A stretch of DNA of 63,867 nucleotides, the filler included, from Choristocarpus tenellus KU-1152 (taxonomy: Eukaryota; Protista; Phaeophyceae), in the NCBI GenBank assembly GCA_964200185.2. It is 13 parts of 13 records of this genome, joined end to end, with 100 filler letters (N's around TTAATTAATTAA, not from the genome) between each part and the next. Parts side by side here need not be neighbours in the genome. Positions count along the whole stretch, not along the records: positions 1 to 2,935 come from CAXNAD020023533.1; positions 3,036 to 6,356 come from CAXNAD020020819.1; positions 6,457 to 12,573 come from CAXNAD020008899.1; positions 12,674 to 26,666 come from CAXNAD020001306.1; 9 more parts are not named here. One strand, written 5' to 3'. Under the pieces are notes generated by a model. The model was not told the origin of the DNA, made no database searches, and saw only the letters and a program-made list of their open reading frames with translations. Of the stretch, positions 1 through 13,699 are shown in pieces; within the stretch, counting starts at the first letter, position 1; each line of letters begins with the position of its first letter. Both the position numbers and the translations under genes were made by a program.

Positions 1-139
1 GAGGGGGATGGGGATGGGGATGGGGATGGGGAGAGGGCAGTCAGCCCTTGAGAGTCGGGTTGACAGGACATGTTCAGGAAGAAAACATGAACTGAGGTAC
101 ATCGAATGCCATCAGAACGCATTGGGCCTGCCAACCTGC

Positions 140-2761
140 CTTGCAAATCACTGCGAAGCCCTTCTTAACCCCTTCCATGGCAGTTTCCCTTGTTGGCAAT
201 CTTGACAATTGCTCACGCAATTGATCATTCACAGCTTCTGCAACAGCTGCACAAGTAGTCACCAGGATGGGCCGGGCGTCAATGTCATGTTCTGCCTGCA
301 ACCATAAAGGAAGGTGATGGAGGTGGCAGGGATGGAGTTAGGGATAGGGGAGAACAGTGGCAGCAATGAGGTATGTGCGTTCGTGTGTGGACGGTTAGGA
401 TTAGCATGTATGAGAGGGTGGTGCCTAAGGCGAACAGAGTCAACACAGTAAGATTGGAAAGGAAGAGACAACAACGATAACAATATGTACAAATCAACCA
501 TTGTGGTATTCTTGTTTGAAGGACTAGGATGGCTTTGTTCAAGGTAGGTAAAAATTGTAGCATGGAGGTAGGTTTGAAGTATCAATCAGGCGATGGAACA
601 ACAACACACCTGTGAATCTCACCATGTACTGAAGGTTCCTTCAGGGGGGAATCTCACCAAGTACTTGGACACTGACGGCATCAACAGGAAAAAGGTGACG
701 GTGATAAACAAAAATCTCAACATGATGACACACACCTGTGCAAGAAGATCAGCAGCCACAGTATTTGGATTGGCAGTTTCATCAGCAATCACCAGCACCT
801 CGCTCGGGCCAGCCAACATGTCAATTGCACACCTTAGGGGAGTAGAGCGGGTGGGTGATGGGATGTAGATGAAGGGAGGGCAGGGGCATGGGGGACAGGT
901 TGTACTCTGCACCCTTGTTGGATTTTGAATTAGGGTACACTTCTATTCCTTTTTGTATTTCTGGAAGAATTAGGGTTGCTTACACAACTACTTACTTGTT
1001 TTATTATTTTTCCATTACTGTTCTTGATATGTTAACAGAGTATAAATAGAGAGCGTCAACTAATAACAAGCATGATTGAAAAAGAAATGTTATCGTCACA
1101 GGTACGTAAGGTAATAGAGCCAGCTTGATTCTTCCCATCACAATTGAGAGGATACGTGGCACAACATACATCACCCTGTCCTGAGCTGACAGCACCAACA
1201 CACTAAGTACAACACTCTCATTACACCCAGTGGTGACATCATTTCAATGAAACTTTCTACATTTTGAACCAGCACACAACTGCTGCTAAAAATCTCAGAG
1301 CCAGGAAAAATAGTTTCAAGATTATAACAATAATCAAGTAGAGTACTACCAAGACCATACTTCAAAAATAGCTTGGGGACGTCGACGTCCAAAGGAGGAG
1401 CGAGTACAGACAAGCTAAGGAATCATGAGATTGAGCAGTTTTGAGAGTACTCCAAACCATCACCTCTTCAACCAATGTGCACTAAATTTGAAATCAGCAT
1501 CTTAACCAAATCTTGAAAAAAAAACGTAACCCTAGCTTCAATTAATCTGAAAAACTAACGTCGATGAAAAAAATAGAAAACTCTTTACTCAAATAATGTA
1601 TCACAGAGATGTGTTCAGCCCCCGAAAGGGGTTAATAACTCCCAAGACTACACTCTATCTCTCAGTCCCTCGCTCCAGGATACCATCGCCAGACACTGAA
1701 AAAAACTCTTTTTCCCTTACGAGCTTTCACTCCTACCAACGATTGTACTGTTAGAAATCATCCGCTTGCTAACAACAAACAAGTTACCCAAATAATAGCG
1801 GAAATACAGTTACATTTACTTGCTAACAACCAACAAGTTACCCGAATAATTGCGGAAATACAGTTACATTTAGCATCATAGGTTGCCTACCATTTCTGTT
1901 ACAAGTCTTTTTCATGTTAGTCATGGTTGCATCGCCAGCACTCCTTAGAGAACAAGGCGAACAAGAAATATATTTTGCATTGTCTACATCATTGCTTCAG
2001 TGGAGAATATTTCAACGAACAATTCTGTCTTACACCCTTGGAATTGATACTCCTGTGCAGAGAAGTTAAGCCAACAATTGAAAAAAGAAAAAAATAAGTA
2101 CTTGCACAATCTGATAGTACCTGATAGTACCAAAACAACCCGTGTCTAGGAAGTCAAAATTACTTTTCAAAGTCTAAAGTAAACGACAAATCATTGAGGA
2201 TCATACACCTAAAATCAAAACCCCAACCCTTACAGAAATTAAGGTTGAGAAAATTTCAAGAGAGTTCAACACACTCTGCTCTTCAGTACCACTTCAACTA
2301 GGGCATTTGATCGATTTATAGAATTTTAACAATGTGTAGCCTATCCCTTCCTCACCAACCGAACAAAACTTGGTCACACTTTCCCAGGTAAGAGAGGGTA
2401 CCCTGCACTTTTTAACTTGTTATATTATATTAACCTAGTTCACACACTCTTCTTCATGTCCCAGAATTCCAGCAGGTTGACCAACCCCCTCATCTTCTAT
2501 CATTCCAGTCCTTCCTTCCCCTTCTTCTCCTGCATGTCGTGGCGTGCACATATCTCACTCTCTCATCAAATCACAGGATCGCATCTCTTTTAACATTTTT
2601 CAGATTTTACTCACTGGAAACCAAGGCTCCCCACAATGTAACAATAAAACGGATTAATAAAAAACACCTTCTCTCACCTTCCTGAAACCAAAGACTTCGC
2701 CGCTGTAACCCACTTGTTTCCTGGGCCAACAATCACATCACAGGCAGGAATACCTCCAATT
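140..2761 (-). CDS. hisD: Histidinol dehydrogenase, partial (3 exons: ~2761-2678, 832-736, 295-~140)
   Basis: Spliced translation [73 protein letters not shown] carries the HisD motifs GPGN..V.AAK, IDM.AGPSE and DLLAQAEHD. Phases join at GT-AG sites. Confidence 0.95.
1767..1872. repeat. Tandem duplication of a ~53-bp unit in the hisD intron
   Basis: ttgctaacaac(a/c)aacaagttaccc(a/g)aataat(a/t)gcggaaatacagttacattta occurs twice in tandem. Confidence 0.85.
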
Positions 2762-2935
2762 CTACCAACACCCATTGTCACAACCAGGTAACGTTCCAAG
2801 GTATGTTTAAATAAAACATATGTACGGGACGGGTTGAGCAGGAAGGGAGGGGGGGGGGGGGGATTCAGAGATCGGAAAAGGACCCGGCTGAACTCCAAGC
2901 ACCCCAAGAACCCGGAAGCCGGCTTCTGGTTGGAA

Positions 2936-3035
2936 NNNNNNNNNNNNNNNNNNNNNNNNNNNNNNNNNNNNNNNNNNNNTTAATTAATTAANNNNNNNNN
3001 NNNNNNNNNNNNNNNNNNNNNNNNNNNNNNNNNNN
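2936..3035. other. Artificial contig linker N44-TTAATTAATTAA-N44 (also 6357-6456, 12574-12673, 26667-26766, 31868-31967, 35161-35260, 39787-39886, 45396-45495, 48271-48370, 51617-51716, 54651-54750, 61009-61108)
   Basis: Identical 100-nt spacer with six-frame stops recurs 12 times, and genes are truncated at the linkers. Confidence 0.98.
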
Positions 3036-3934
3036 CCTGGTCAGGGTCTAAATGGACACCCTGGTGTAGTCCCCCCCCCCCTCCCAGATACTTTAAGCCT
3101 CAACACAACTATGGTTGATGTTTGATTGAGAACACAATTCAAAGCCCTTGATATACATATATTGAGTCTTATTTCAGTCCCAGGCTGCATTACCTAACAG
3201 CCAGGTACTATATATGTATACACACATAACTTTGACACTGTAGTACAAGGTGCAAGCTGTAGGAGAATTACCATGCTTGTTGGAGGGGAGTAGCCTGTAG
3301 CTACCATTTGGGGTTCATGTATACTGCCACCCACCCAAATGAATATGTGGTAACAAAGTCGGGGTGAAACCTGTCTACATTCAAAGACAAGGGCTATTCG
3401 TAGAAGAGCATATTTCGATTGAAGTTATGCTACCTATCCCATAAGGTCTCTCCAACTCACAATCCTTTCACTCAAGGCACAGAATGACCCCACCTCAACC
3501 TATCCTGTTCCTTGCCCAGAATAGCTACTTGCATCCACAACCAAGTTGAGTATAAGCAGCCACAAAAAAATATTTGCCCAACAGAGCACTTGGTCAAGAG
3601 GGGATCCCCATCATAGTCAAAGCACACTGTTCTTTGTACTGATGTACTTTTGTCGAGATAGCTTTCACCACAGAGGTCTTTGCTCTCCTGAAGTAGTATA
3701 GAGTATCAAGTAACAAATTTTGTGATCAATGCTCTATGCATGTTCAACAACTTGCTTGGTTTGGTTCCACATACTTGGTGTGAGCAGATACAATTTCTAT
3801 TTACACACCTCGTGGAAAATGTACTCCTCATGTGTTGGTTATATTGTCCCCTAACAGTGTCCCAATTGTTGTTAATCAGTATTGGGTACCATTATGCTGC
3901 CCGGAGCATTTGGTAGACATGAATTGGTCAATAA

Positions 3935-4190
3935 GATCCAAAGCATCTAATAGGGTAGGAGTTTGCTCTGTTTGTCTGTTCGGGACTTGACTTCCCACAG
4001 GGTTTTTATGCCCTTTTTTGGTTTTCTGTTTGAACATTTCGGATTTCGGAGTAGGTAAAATGTAAGTGTGTCTGGAGCAAGGATATTGACACTTGCTTAA
4101 CAAACCCAATAGCCAAAATTAATCAAAATCACAGCATTGGATTTATGACTCCGAACAGATGCGACCCTACCCTCTTAAATGCTTTGACTC
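3935..4190. mobile_element. MITE family 1 copy (~256 bp)
   Basis: TIRs gatccaaagcatctaatagggta / taccctcttaaatgctttgactc with TAA on both flanks; internal sequence shared with the other copies. Confidence 0.85.
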
Positions 4191-4361
4191 TAAACCATGT
4201 ACATCTTGATTTGTCTAACATTTGCACACATTGAGATGATACCCTTTCACCATCCCTGCACACTAATATTAACCCTCAACTCTATGCAAACCAAAGCTTG
4301 CCTGTGACCAACTAATGGAAGCATCACAACCGTCTCAACTCAACCTGACTAAATCAACAAG

Positions 4362-4741
4362 GCAACTATGTTGCCGCTCTACGTGGTAGTGAGAGGGCTC
4401 TCCAGATTGCTACATTCCGACAACACAACCACAAGGATGACTGCGTAGGCTCTGTGGCTGACGACCTCATTGTACCTTGCCTGGAGTGGATAGGGGTGGC
4501 TCGTTTCGCTGCTGGAGAGTACACTGTTGCAGCTAGCATATTCAGAAAGGCGCAGAGTCAACTATTGCAGCTGTTACAAATACCAGCCCATAATGGGGAG
4601 GGTGTACAAGTTAGGGAAGGTGAAGGGGGGTGTTGGATGGATGGACAGATAGAGGACAGGAGGAGGGAGGTAGAGTTCAATCAAGAGGTCATGCGAATGG
4701 ACCGTAATGTGGCAGCAGCCATTTGCTGTGGAGGAGAAACT
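4362..4741 (+). CDS. Internal exon of a TPR-like repeat protein
   Basis: aag|..|gtatgt-bounded open frame GNYVAALRGSERALQIA...CLEWIGVARFAAGEYTVAASIFRKAQ, a TPR-like helical pattern. Confidence 0.6.
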
Positions 4742-5904
4742 GTATGTGGACGTTATGACAGATAAACTGTCTTCACATACAGCAGGAGCTGGTCAAATGT
4801 GATTTGTTTCGTCCTGTCCTTGTGGGTACCGCCACTTGCTCTATATTCCCAGCCTTCCCTTCACCTCAGACTGTTAGACCACTTGTTGTGTTGTAGGAAT
4901 GGTATCTGAAGAGCTACACCGTATGGGGCACTGTTCTTTTATGCGACTGTTTAACACTCTACAGGCCAGAGTGCAGGCCAGAGTGCAGAAACTTCAAGGA
5001 TATAGAAATGTTCAAATGTACTAATGAACGGTATTGAGATAACTGGTAATATATGGCGAGTTTCTTATCTCTTCTACAACAGTACAAGAAAGCAAGAATA
5101 TAGATATGTCAACCCTTCATTTTGAGACCCAAGTTTGACTCAGTGCCCATATCTTGCTTGCATTATATTGTGCACATGGCATAATGTTGCTTATAAATCT
5201 TGTGACGTGCTGCTCACTCTTCTACCATCATGTGTGCTCCTGAAAGAACACATATGGTATCCCTCCTTTGTGCAGAGCTGTAGGGAAACTTGTAGGGATT
5301 GGTGATGTGATGGGGCCATGAGCACAATTATTTCATTGATTTATTCTTGTTCAACACGAACACTGATCTGATTATGCTACTGGAGGATGAAAACATTATC
5401 ATCTCTTGTGATGCCTTGGCCATTATTAATCGATGTCCATACTATATAGCACCAATTTTGCCGGATCGCCCTCGACCTTTTCCCATTTCAGGATTTCTGG
5501 TGTCTGTTTATGACTAATTCAATTATAGGACTTAAGCTAACTATGCCCGACACAGTAATTGATCTGTGTGCTTGCCTCAGCATGACAGTCATGAACGGTA
5601 CTGGATGCCTCATTTACCTGCTGGACAGTTGCCTCCTACAAGACTTCTGTAACCTATATCACTTATGCTGTACCTGATCATTCATTGATGGAAACTTGCA
5701 CTACATATTGAGAGGCCAACAGTGTACAACCTGAGTGGTTGCAAAGATGGAACTCAAGCCTAATCAACTGGGGACAGTCATCTGCTCTACGTTGTGACTG
5801 TTACAAGAGAGATTTGTTTTGCCTGGGTAGTATGGAGTACTTCCATTTACGGCTTGCAGGAGATGAAACTGACCTTTTGGAAATTCTATCACTCAGCAAT
5901 TATT

Positions 5905-6356
5905 GAGTGAAAGCATCTTAGAGGGTACAAGTTTTTCCCTGTTTGTCCATTAGAGTCAAAGGATCTTAGAGGGTAAAGCTGCGTTCATTTGGGGACCAAA
6001 ATCTAATGTTGCAATTTTTATATAATTTTGGCTATCAGTTTTGCTAGGAGATGTCAATATCCTTGTTCCGAACACTCCTTTTCATAACGTATACATTTTA
6101 CCTACTCTGAAAACACTTTGGAGAAGGTAACATGTCAGTAAAAACCTGTGAGAAGCCCAAGATCCAAATGGACAAACATGGGAAAACAAATACCCTCTAA
6201 GATACATTTACTCTTTGGGGTTTGGCCTCCCACAGGTATTTTATGACATTTTTCCTACTCCAAAATGCTTTGGAGTAGGAAAAATGTATATATTATGAAA
6301 AGGAGTGTCCGGAACAAAGATATGACATCTGACCCAAAGTATCTGGGAGGGGGGGG
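5905..6356. mobile_element. Triple-nested MITEs: family 1 host, inverted family 1 copy (5953-6213), family 2 left end (~6331-6356)
   Basis: Host TIR gagtgaaagcatcttagagggta is interrupted at gtccatt/tttgggg by a complete copy, then by gacccaaagtatctgggaggggg. Confidence 0.85.
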
Positions 6357-6566
6357 NNNNNNNNNNNNNNNNNNNNNNNNNNNNNNNNNNNNNNNNNNNN
6401 TTAATTAATTAANNNNNNNNNNNNNNNNNNNNNNNNNNNNNNNNNNNNNNNNNNNNCCCTCCCAGATACTTTGGGTCAGAGCTGAAGTTTAGGGGCACAC
6501 AGGACAGAGGAAGATGAGAAAAAAAAACTGCCCTTCTTTCACATGGGCGGGGGGTCAACAACTCAC

Positions 6567-9500
6567 CCTGACATATCCAATGCAAGCTGAAGGTTCATTT
6601 CAGCGCTATCCCAATCATGTAATAATATTGCTGTCTGCCCCAGAAGCAGGTGCAACTTTGTCTCCCGTGCCACCTGAGGGTTGCATAGTGTAGTTTTGTA
6701 TCCATCATGGGTGGTCTCACAGTTGGTGCCTGGGAGTGCTCTGCTATGGTACACAAAAAACGATGTTTGAGTTTGTCGAGCTTTATGTGTACCAAGAGTT
6801 TTGGGACTACTATGAGCATGTTTGAACTAATTCGGTTGATAGATGAGTGGACAAATTAAATGATAAATGGGTGTATACATGCAATAGCAGACAACAAGAT
6901 GAATGGGTATTTCGGCATTTTTCCCCTCAGTATTGACTGTGCTTGCCATGGGGAGGAGGCAACCACAGAGAAAGGCAGGTAGCAACGCTGGTGGTTAAGA
7001 GGAGTTTCCCAAGGGTTGATGAGATCAATTAACTATTAGCACAACAAGGGCTAGGATTATTCGCTTGGGGACAGATCCGCACTTGAAGATTGAAAGACTT
7101 GTGCAGAGGAGGTAGCAGGGAAAATATATCCTATTGGTTGGAAACAACAACCCATCAGCCAAAATGATGTTAATCGTGCAATTCGTCTTGTCTTTCATTT
7201 TGCTGCAATATATTTATCTTGGAGTGACACATAAGGGTACACTATTCACGGTGCTATCACCTGGTCCAGAATGGTGAGGTGATCCGTGGCCACCTGCTGG
7301 TCCAGTACCTGCGTGACCTCAGTGCAGGCCACCTCCGCCTCCAGGGGATCTCCATTTGCAATTGCTATCTCCGCAGTGTGGACAAAGAAATTAACAGCTA
7401 AGTCAAGGTCGCCTGCCCCCTGGATATGTACGGCAAACAAAGGACATGAGTGAGAAACAAGAGGACAGAAAATTTGTGGGCATATTCAAGGTCACAAAGA
7501 GTGTCGCAAGAATACATATAAAAATTTAGTACTTCGCAAATGATTTTGTGCCAGACGGAGGGGTAGAGCCGTTCATTTTTCAACCTTCCTGCGCAAGGAA
7601 TGGAGGTATGAATAATCCAAAAGGTGATGTGAGGTAGGCGTCCTTACCATAGCATGCTTGCCAAGGAAACGAAACCTTGGCTGGAGAGAGGAGAAGGTGT
7701 TGTTCTTCACATACCAAGAGACAATCTCCTGTTAGGGTTGAGGAAATTTGCTGTGGTTACGTTAGGGTTAATGTTAAGGTTAGTGTGAGCCCATCTGAGT
7801 CCTGCAAGGACATTATCAAAGTTGGCCTATGTGACAGTGGCAATCTAGTACATCACCCCTGATTGATGTGAGTTACATGAGTGGTCTTCTATATTATTCT
7901 GGAGTACACTCTCCACATGGGCAACCTAAACATAGTTTCCTGGGTCCACCCTTCAGCACACCTTCAGTAAAGTGAAATGTTGAATGTAGAACACCAGGAC
8001 TTATGGACGAGTGAGGGAGTACAAGGATTACATTTGTCCGATCTTTTTCCCCTTATTTTACTGTAACCGGGTCTATATGAGTATGAAGTGACCTTCTATA
8101 CCTCTGTAAGGCTGGACTTGTCATGGAGGAGAGCAGACATGCTTGGTCCCAAAGCACACTATTGCATTGTATACAATTTATTGTGCCCCAAGAAGCGAGG
8201 AGGTTGCATTGGATCCGTGGCCAGAAAATCATACCGCACAATGAATTTGAACCTTGCAGGTTACAGAACTGAACTCCAGTTGACTGTTTCGAACTAGAGG
8301 CAGGGCCTAGAGCCACATCAGGCTTGTTGTGATACACTGTATGAAACGTCAGCATCGGGACTGGAAACTACACAACATGGCACCAAGATTCTACCTTATG
8401 TAGATATTGCCGCCTGGAATGCAGGATCATGTCATATATTATGGTGACAATGTACTCGGCCAGGAACTGCATGGACTCTGCAGTAATCCTCTCGATGAAT
8501 CCAATGCGCACAAGGGTGTTGACTTGGCTTTCCATTCGTTCCAACATTTCATCTGCAAAACTGAGTTCTTGCGACTGGAAAAGGAGTTGAGATATGTTCT
8601 CCTCACTATCTTGGAAATTTCCTGAATGAGGAACCCCACCCTTCTCAGCTTCAGCCTTAGTCTGTTCCTGTTTCCCCGTCCCTGCCTTCCATTTATTTCC
8701 CAACCCTGAGCCTAAGAAATTCGCCATGTTAGGCACAGCTTGATGATCAAATGAGGTCTCCATATTTCCCTGACTTGAGTCAAGGGAAACTTCTGATACA
8801 GAGTTTGTTCTGCCGTTCTCTGAGCCGAACCGACTTTCCATTTTATGGGGACCTTGGTGGTTATTTGGACAGTAACACAGGTGATGTAGGAGGTCGAGGG
8901 GCACCTGATGTAAGAGTTGAGTGAGGATGGAGAGGTGTAGTTAGTTCTTTTGAGCAAGGTATTAGAACCCCAAGTCTATCCTTTGAATTTGTTGGATCAA
9001 GCACTGTTCTGAATCATGTCAATACCATAGCATACTCTGAACTATGAGAAACAGAAGATGTCAGTGATGGGAGGGCGGAAAAAGCAGTTGGAGTTGAGGA
9101 ATGGTGCTGGGGTTGAGATTGAAAGTAGGATTTCGGTAAAAGATTGGACATCCGTGCTTGGGACTAAAGCAAAGCAATAAGAAGTGCAAGGGAGTGCATC
9201 GACCACAGAATGATCTTCAACAAGACTAGGGATCAATGGTGCCCGCAGCAGCACAAGGGCAAGCTTTGACTGGTGGTACTGTGTCCCGGAGATAGTTGGA
9301 AAGTCTTATTTCAGGCTGACAGGGTAGTGTTTCTTGCTAGGGCAATTGCAGCTGTGCCAAAACTTGTGACTAAAAAGAGTTTACCCTCACAGTCTTACGA
9401 GTACTATAAACGCTCATATATTGGGGTAACCTATGGATCCGCTTTACCGGATTTGAATATTGGGATGGGGCCTCTTGGCTTTGTTATATACACAAAGGAG

Positions 9501-11589
9501 CAATATTCTGTGGAAAATATTTTTGGGTTTTCATTAGGTTAGGAAAGCCCTAACATTATGTAGGGACAACTCCACCTTTGAAACCTGTTATTAGGTCAAA
9601 GTATCTTAGAGGGTAGAACCGCATCCATTTGGGGGCCAAAATCCAATGTTGTGATTTGGATGTAATTTTGACTATCGTGTTTGTCAGGGAGTGTCAATAT
9701 CCTTGTTGCGGACACACCTTTTCATAACGTATACATTTTTCCTGCTCCGAAATGTTTTGGAGTAGGAAAAATGATAAGATTGAAAGTATCTTAGAGGGTA
9801 CCAGTTTTTCCCTGTTTGTCCATTTGGGGCTTGGCTTCCCACGGGTTTTTTATGACAATTTCCTAATCCGAAATATCTTGGAGTAGGTAATATGTATATG
9901 TCATGAAAAACTGTATCCGGAACAAGGATATTGACACTTCCGAACAAATACAATAGCCAAAATTACATCAAAATCAGACATTGGATTTTGCCCCCAAATG
10001 GACGCGGCTCTGCCCTCTAAGATAATTCGGCTCATAAGAAAAGCCGAGGGAAGTCAAGCCCCAAATGGACAAACAGGGCAAAACCCATACCCTCTAAGAT
10101 ACTTTCACTCTAACAATGATTCTATAGATTGATTTGCTGTTTAGTTCGCAGTCAGGTATACTTCGAAGCAGTAAGTTTAACAAAAGATCATTTCAATGGC
10201 ATAGTCTATCAAATCGCTGATATCATTCAGTGGTAAGTATCATGGCGACCTATCGCTCTGCCAGCCCCCAATTCGAACCACCTGACAAAAGGCCCTCCTT
10301 GACATTCTTTTTGGCGCTATTGTGGGGGGGGGTTATTAACAAATTAGTTGTTTTGAGGCGTAGAGTAATCTATTCCCGCCGAACTTGCATGCAAACGGAG
10401 CTAAGGTCAAATAACTATTAATCGGTAGTGTTTGCTCAGCAATTATTACCAAAATTTCCTTATATGCTCTCACCTCCTGACCAATAACGGCTGCTGCTTG
10501 AACAAGCCGTTGAGTGGGTCGGTCCAAGCTGTCATACTTGGCGATTATAGGGGCTGATGTATGGTCCTTATTCAGGGAAGTGGGGTGGAGTGACATAGGA
10601 AGTGAGGATGAATACGATTCAAGGTGCTGGAAGCAGACGACTTTGGTCTGAGTTCTCAAATTATCTATGCTAGGATGCCACTGAAACATAACCCCCCCCC
10701 CGATGCACTTGATCAAACTCAAGATGTGTCCGGACAAAAGCTGTTAAATATATTAGAGAGTAGGCAATACTTCAGGATATGTGATTAAGAAATTAAGCCC
10801 ATTACCCACATAATAGAGTCACTCCATCTATACTGACTATGCAGCTTGAAAAACGTCCGGTAGAGTCACACATGTTCGCCCTCTCTTCTTCCCTTCAGGG
10901 CAATGACTGAAAGGTGGCTTCACTCATCTCAAAGAAAGCACCTATAGTCAGGAAACCAGCTGCGGATCCTCCTATAGGTGAACCTATCCCTAACTTAGGA
11001 ACCTGCAGTGCCAAGAACACTACTTATCATTTTCTGTGTGTCGAGTTCAACACAACGGTAGCTGAGCCCTACACAGTGGTATTTTATGTGGATGAATATT
11101 TAAGCAACACAAGGCATATTGGTGTACAATACAATTCTTGGATGGTGTGTTGAACCTCTCTTTGACATAGGCTAAGAAGAGACATCTTTGTGGGCTTTCA
11201 GTAAATATAAGTGACCATAATGAAAAATGTTTTACCAAAACACTTTGGGATCAGTAAATGGATGCCCTTGCCTGGATAGATGGTGATAGGCTGGTGAAGT
11301 ATTCTGCCTAGTATTGAATCTCGGTGGTAGTTTTATAAAATCATCTAGCATTCCCTAACCTCTTCGAAAATGCTTCAATGAGAAGGAACGCGGTGCAGAG
11401 ACATCAGATGGGCACCAGCAGCACCTCTCAATGGCATGCAGGGAAACAAACCTTGATTTTGAAAAAGTTTCCACTAAGTTCTTTGAGAACTAGTGCCTCC
11501 CCTCTGCTTTTGTCAACTTCTACCATGCCTTCTTTCAAAAGGTCCTCCACCATGTGCACTACATCCCTAGGATTGCCTTTAGCTGTCAC
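6567..11589 (-). CDS. STAND/AAA-type NTPase-TPR protein resembling the soluble adenylate cyclase C-terminal region, partial (exons 11589-11452, 11002-10942, 10553-10474, 8904-8395, 7728-7648, 7419-7261, 6673-6567)
   Basis: Seven exons join in phase. Motifs TAKGNP..V..L, KYDSL..PTQRLVQAAAVIGQE/VPLDLL, IIYDMILHSRRQYLHK, LGKHAM/GAGDLDLAVNFF and a TPR-like LLLGQTAILLHDWDSAEMNLQLAL. Confidence 0.8.
9593..10110. mobile_element. Family 1 MITE with an inverted family 1 copy nested at 9778-10033
   Basis: Inner 256-bp copy is flanked by ATAA on both sides; the host resumes and ends in taccctctaagatactttcactc. Confidence 0.9.
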
Positions 11590-12422
11590 CTGGGAACTCG
11601 ATCAATAGTGGTAGGATTGGTAGAAAGAGGAGGTGGAAAGGTGAGAGAAGTACAAAGTAATCACTTACACAGTATGATATCTACATACTGATGGGGACTC
11701 ATGCAGCCATTTAATCATTGCATGCCCGAGTTGACAGATGGATCAATCAACATGACCTACTTGACTTGATGTACTGAACATATAAGTGTAAACTGTTCCT
11801 GTTGTTGTACTTGACAGGTTTGAATATATATTTGGGATCTTGGAAGGGTGATCACCTAGCAACCAAGTTTTGCCATATCATGCTGATGAGAAGGAAGAAT
11901 AGGGGAGTCTTTGTCACACCCAACAGGTTCTTACTGCGTGTACAATACTGATGTCATTGCAAAGAAGTATGAACATGCGGGCACATAGTTTTGGATAAAG
12001 CTGCGAACAATTGAATTGAACGGGGTAATAGGGAAATGATGGAACCTAGGGACATCAGGCTTTATTCATCCAAACATATAGCGGACCCTACCCTGGAGTT
12101 CTGCATTGTGCTGCTCAAGTATGGGCTGGTACGGTAACTCAGGGACCACAACTCTTTCCAACTCCTCCAGGTTCTAAAAGAACAGTTCCGTTGTTCTGGA
12201 TTCTGGGTCATCGCCCTTGGTCACCTCAAAAGGGACATAGATCTTCTTGGAGAGGATGTGAATATTGGAGCTGATGTCTGTACCCCCTGAAGGGTGGGAT
12301 TCAAACACAAGTGAGTCCTGATCATTCGTTCCTAATGAAGCTTATTGTGCTGAAAATCGCTTTCGCACACACCCTCGCTGGGGTTATGAACCATCTCCCA
12401 TCAAGAATCTATTTTTTGTTTG

Positions 12423-12573
12423 GAGTGAAAGTATCTTAGAGGGTACGAGTTTTGCCCTGTTTGTCCATTTGGGGCTTGGCTTCCCATGAGTTCTTTTATG
12501 ACATTATCATACTCCAAATTGTTTAGGAGTAGGTGAAGTGTAGATGTTATGAAAAGGTGTGTCCAGAACATTG
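12423..12573. mobile_element. Family 1 MITE truncated by contig end
   Basis: gagtgaaagtatcttagagggtacgagttttgccctgtttgtccatttgggg... Confidence 0.85.
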
Positions 12574-13699
12574 NNNNNNNNNNNNNNNNNNNNNNNNNNN
12601 NNNNNNNNNNNNNNNNNTTAATTAATTAANNNNNNNNNNNNNNNNNNNNNNNNNNNNNNNNNNNNNNNNNNNNCCCCCGATAATGATGCACAAAGTGTTT
12701 GTTCCCCAGCAGCCTTGATGTAAGCTTAACAGTGCTTTATGTGCAATGTTTGTGACTATACGAGACAACAATTATACCTTGTTTGATAGTGGTAGTCATT
12801 GTATGGATGTATGTTCTATGCAACTGCCAGAAAAGTGAACAAATCAGTTATTGATGTTATTGATGTCATTGATGTTTTGGAAAACATGAGGGCTTTTCCG
12901 CGGACTGGTTCGGCGTGATTGGCCTGGGTCGAGAGCCAGCTCTGTAAATATGAATGCTTTTGAAAGGGTCAGGTCTGGGTCGCAGAAATTTTGGCGAGGC
13001 TGGTCCATGGGCAAGGAGGAGATGGGGCAAGATACATACATATATATATGTATGTATATATTTTGGAAGGACCAGGTTGGATCTTGGGTTGGTTGGGTTA
13101 GACCTGATCGTTTTTGCTTGAATGATGGTATCAATCAATGTTTCAACTTTATGCAGTGTAGAATTCTAATTGGGGTAATTTATTTCATACATTCATATAC
13201 CTTGTAAGATGTAGACTGAAACATAACCCCTTGAGGTTACGCATGTTTTCAAAAGGGTCAATCTGGGAAAAAAGTGTTCTACTCAGGACCGCCCGAGGCA
13301 TAACAAACAAAACTCTCTGAATAGAACTGAGACTCTCTGAATCTCTCATCCCAACCCTAACCCTAAACATGATGACGATTGTTTGCAACAACACAAACAA
13401 GCAGTTGTATGCAAAACAGGGAACGCCATAGATCGAGCAGATCCGGCTCTTGAAAGAAGAGCAACATAGATTTGATTGGAAGGCGTGGTTCGGAATGTGA
13501 TGCACAGAGTGGAAAGTTGAGAGGGGGCACTGGGGTAAACAGGAAGCAAGTTGTACCGCTCGTGTCCATGGCCATCTATCTCTAACTCTAGCGTTCCATG
13601 AAGATTTGATCCTTCAGTAATATATATATATATGTACATATATATATATATATGTATACTGTTTTCCTTTGTGTGTGTGTGTGTGTGTGTTTGTTTGTT

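Noticed and set aside
2980-2991. Recurring palindrome TTAATTAATTAA as a biological site
   Set aside because: Always centred in a fixed N-run; a six-frame-stop assembly linker.
6328-6480. Contig 2 end and contig 3 start are reverse complements, suggesting true adjacency across one MITE
   Set aside because: Both are ends of a high-copy family 2 TIR; the family 1 host interrupted on the left does not resume on the right, and there is no TSD.
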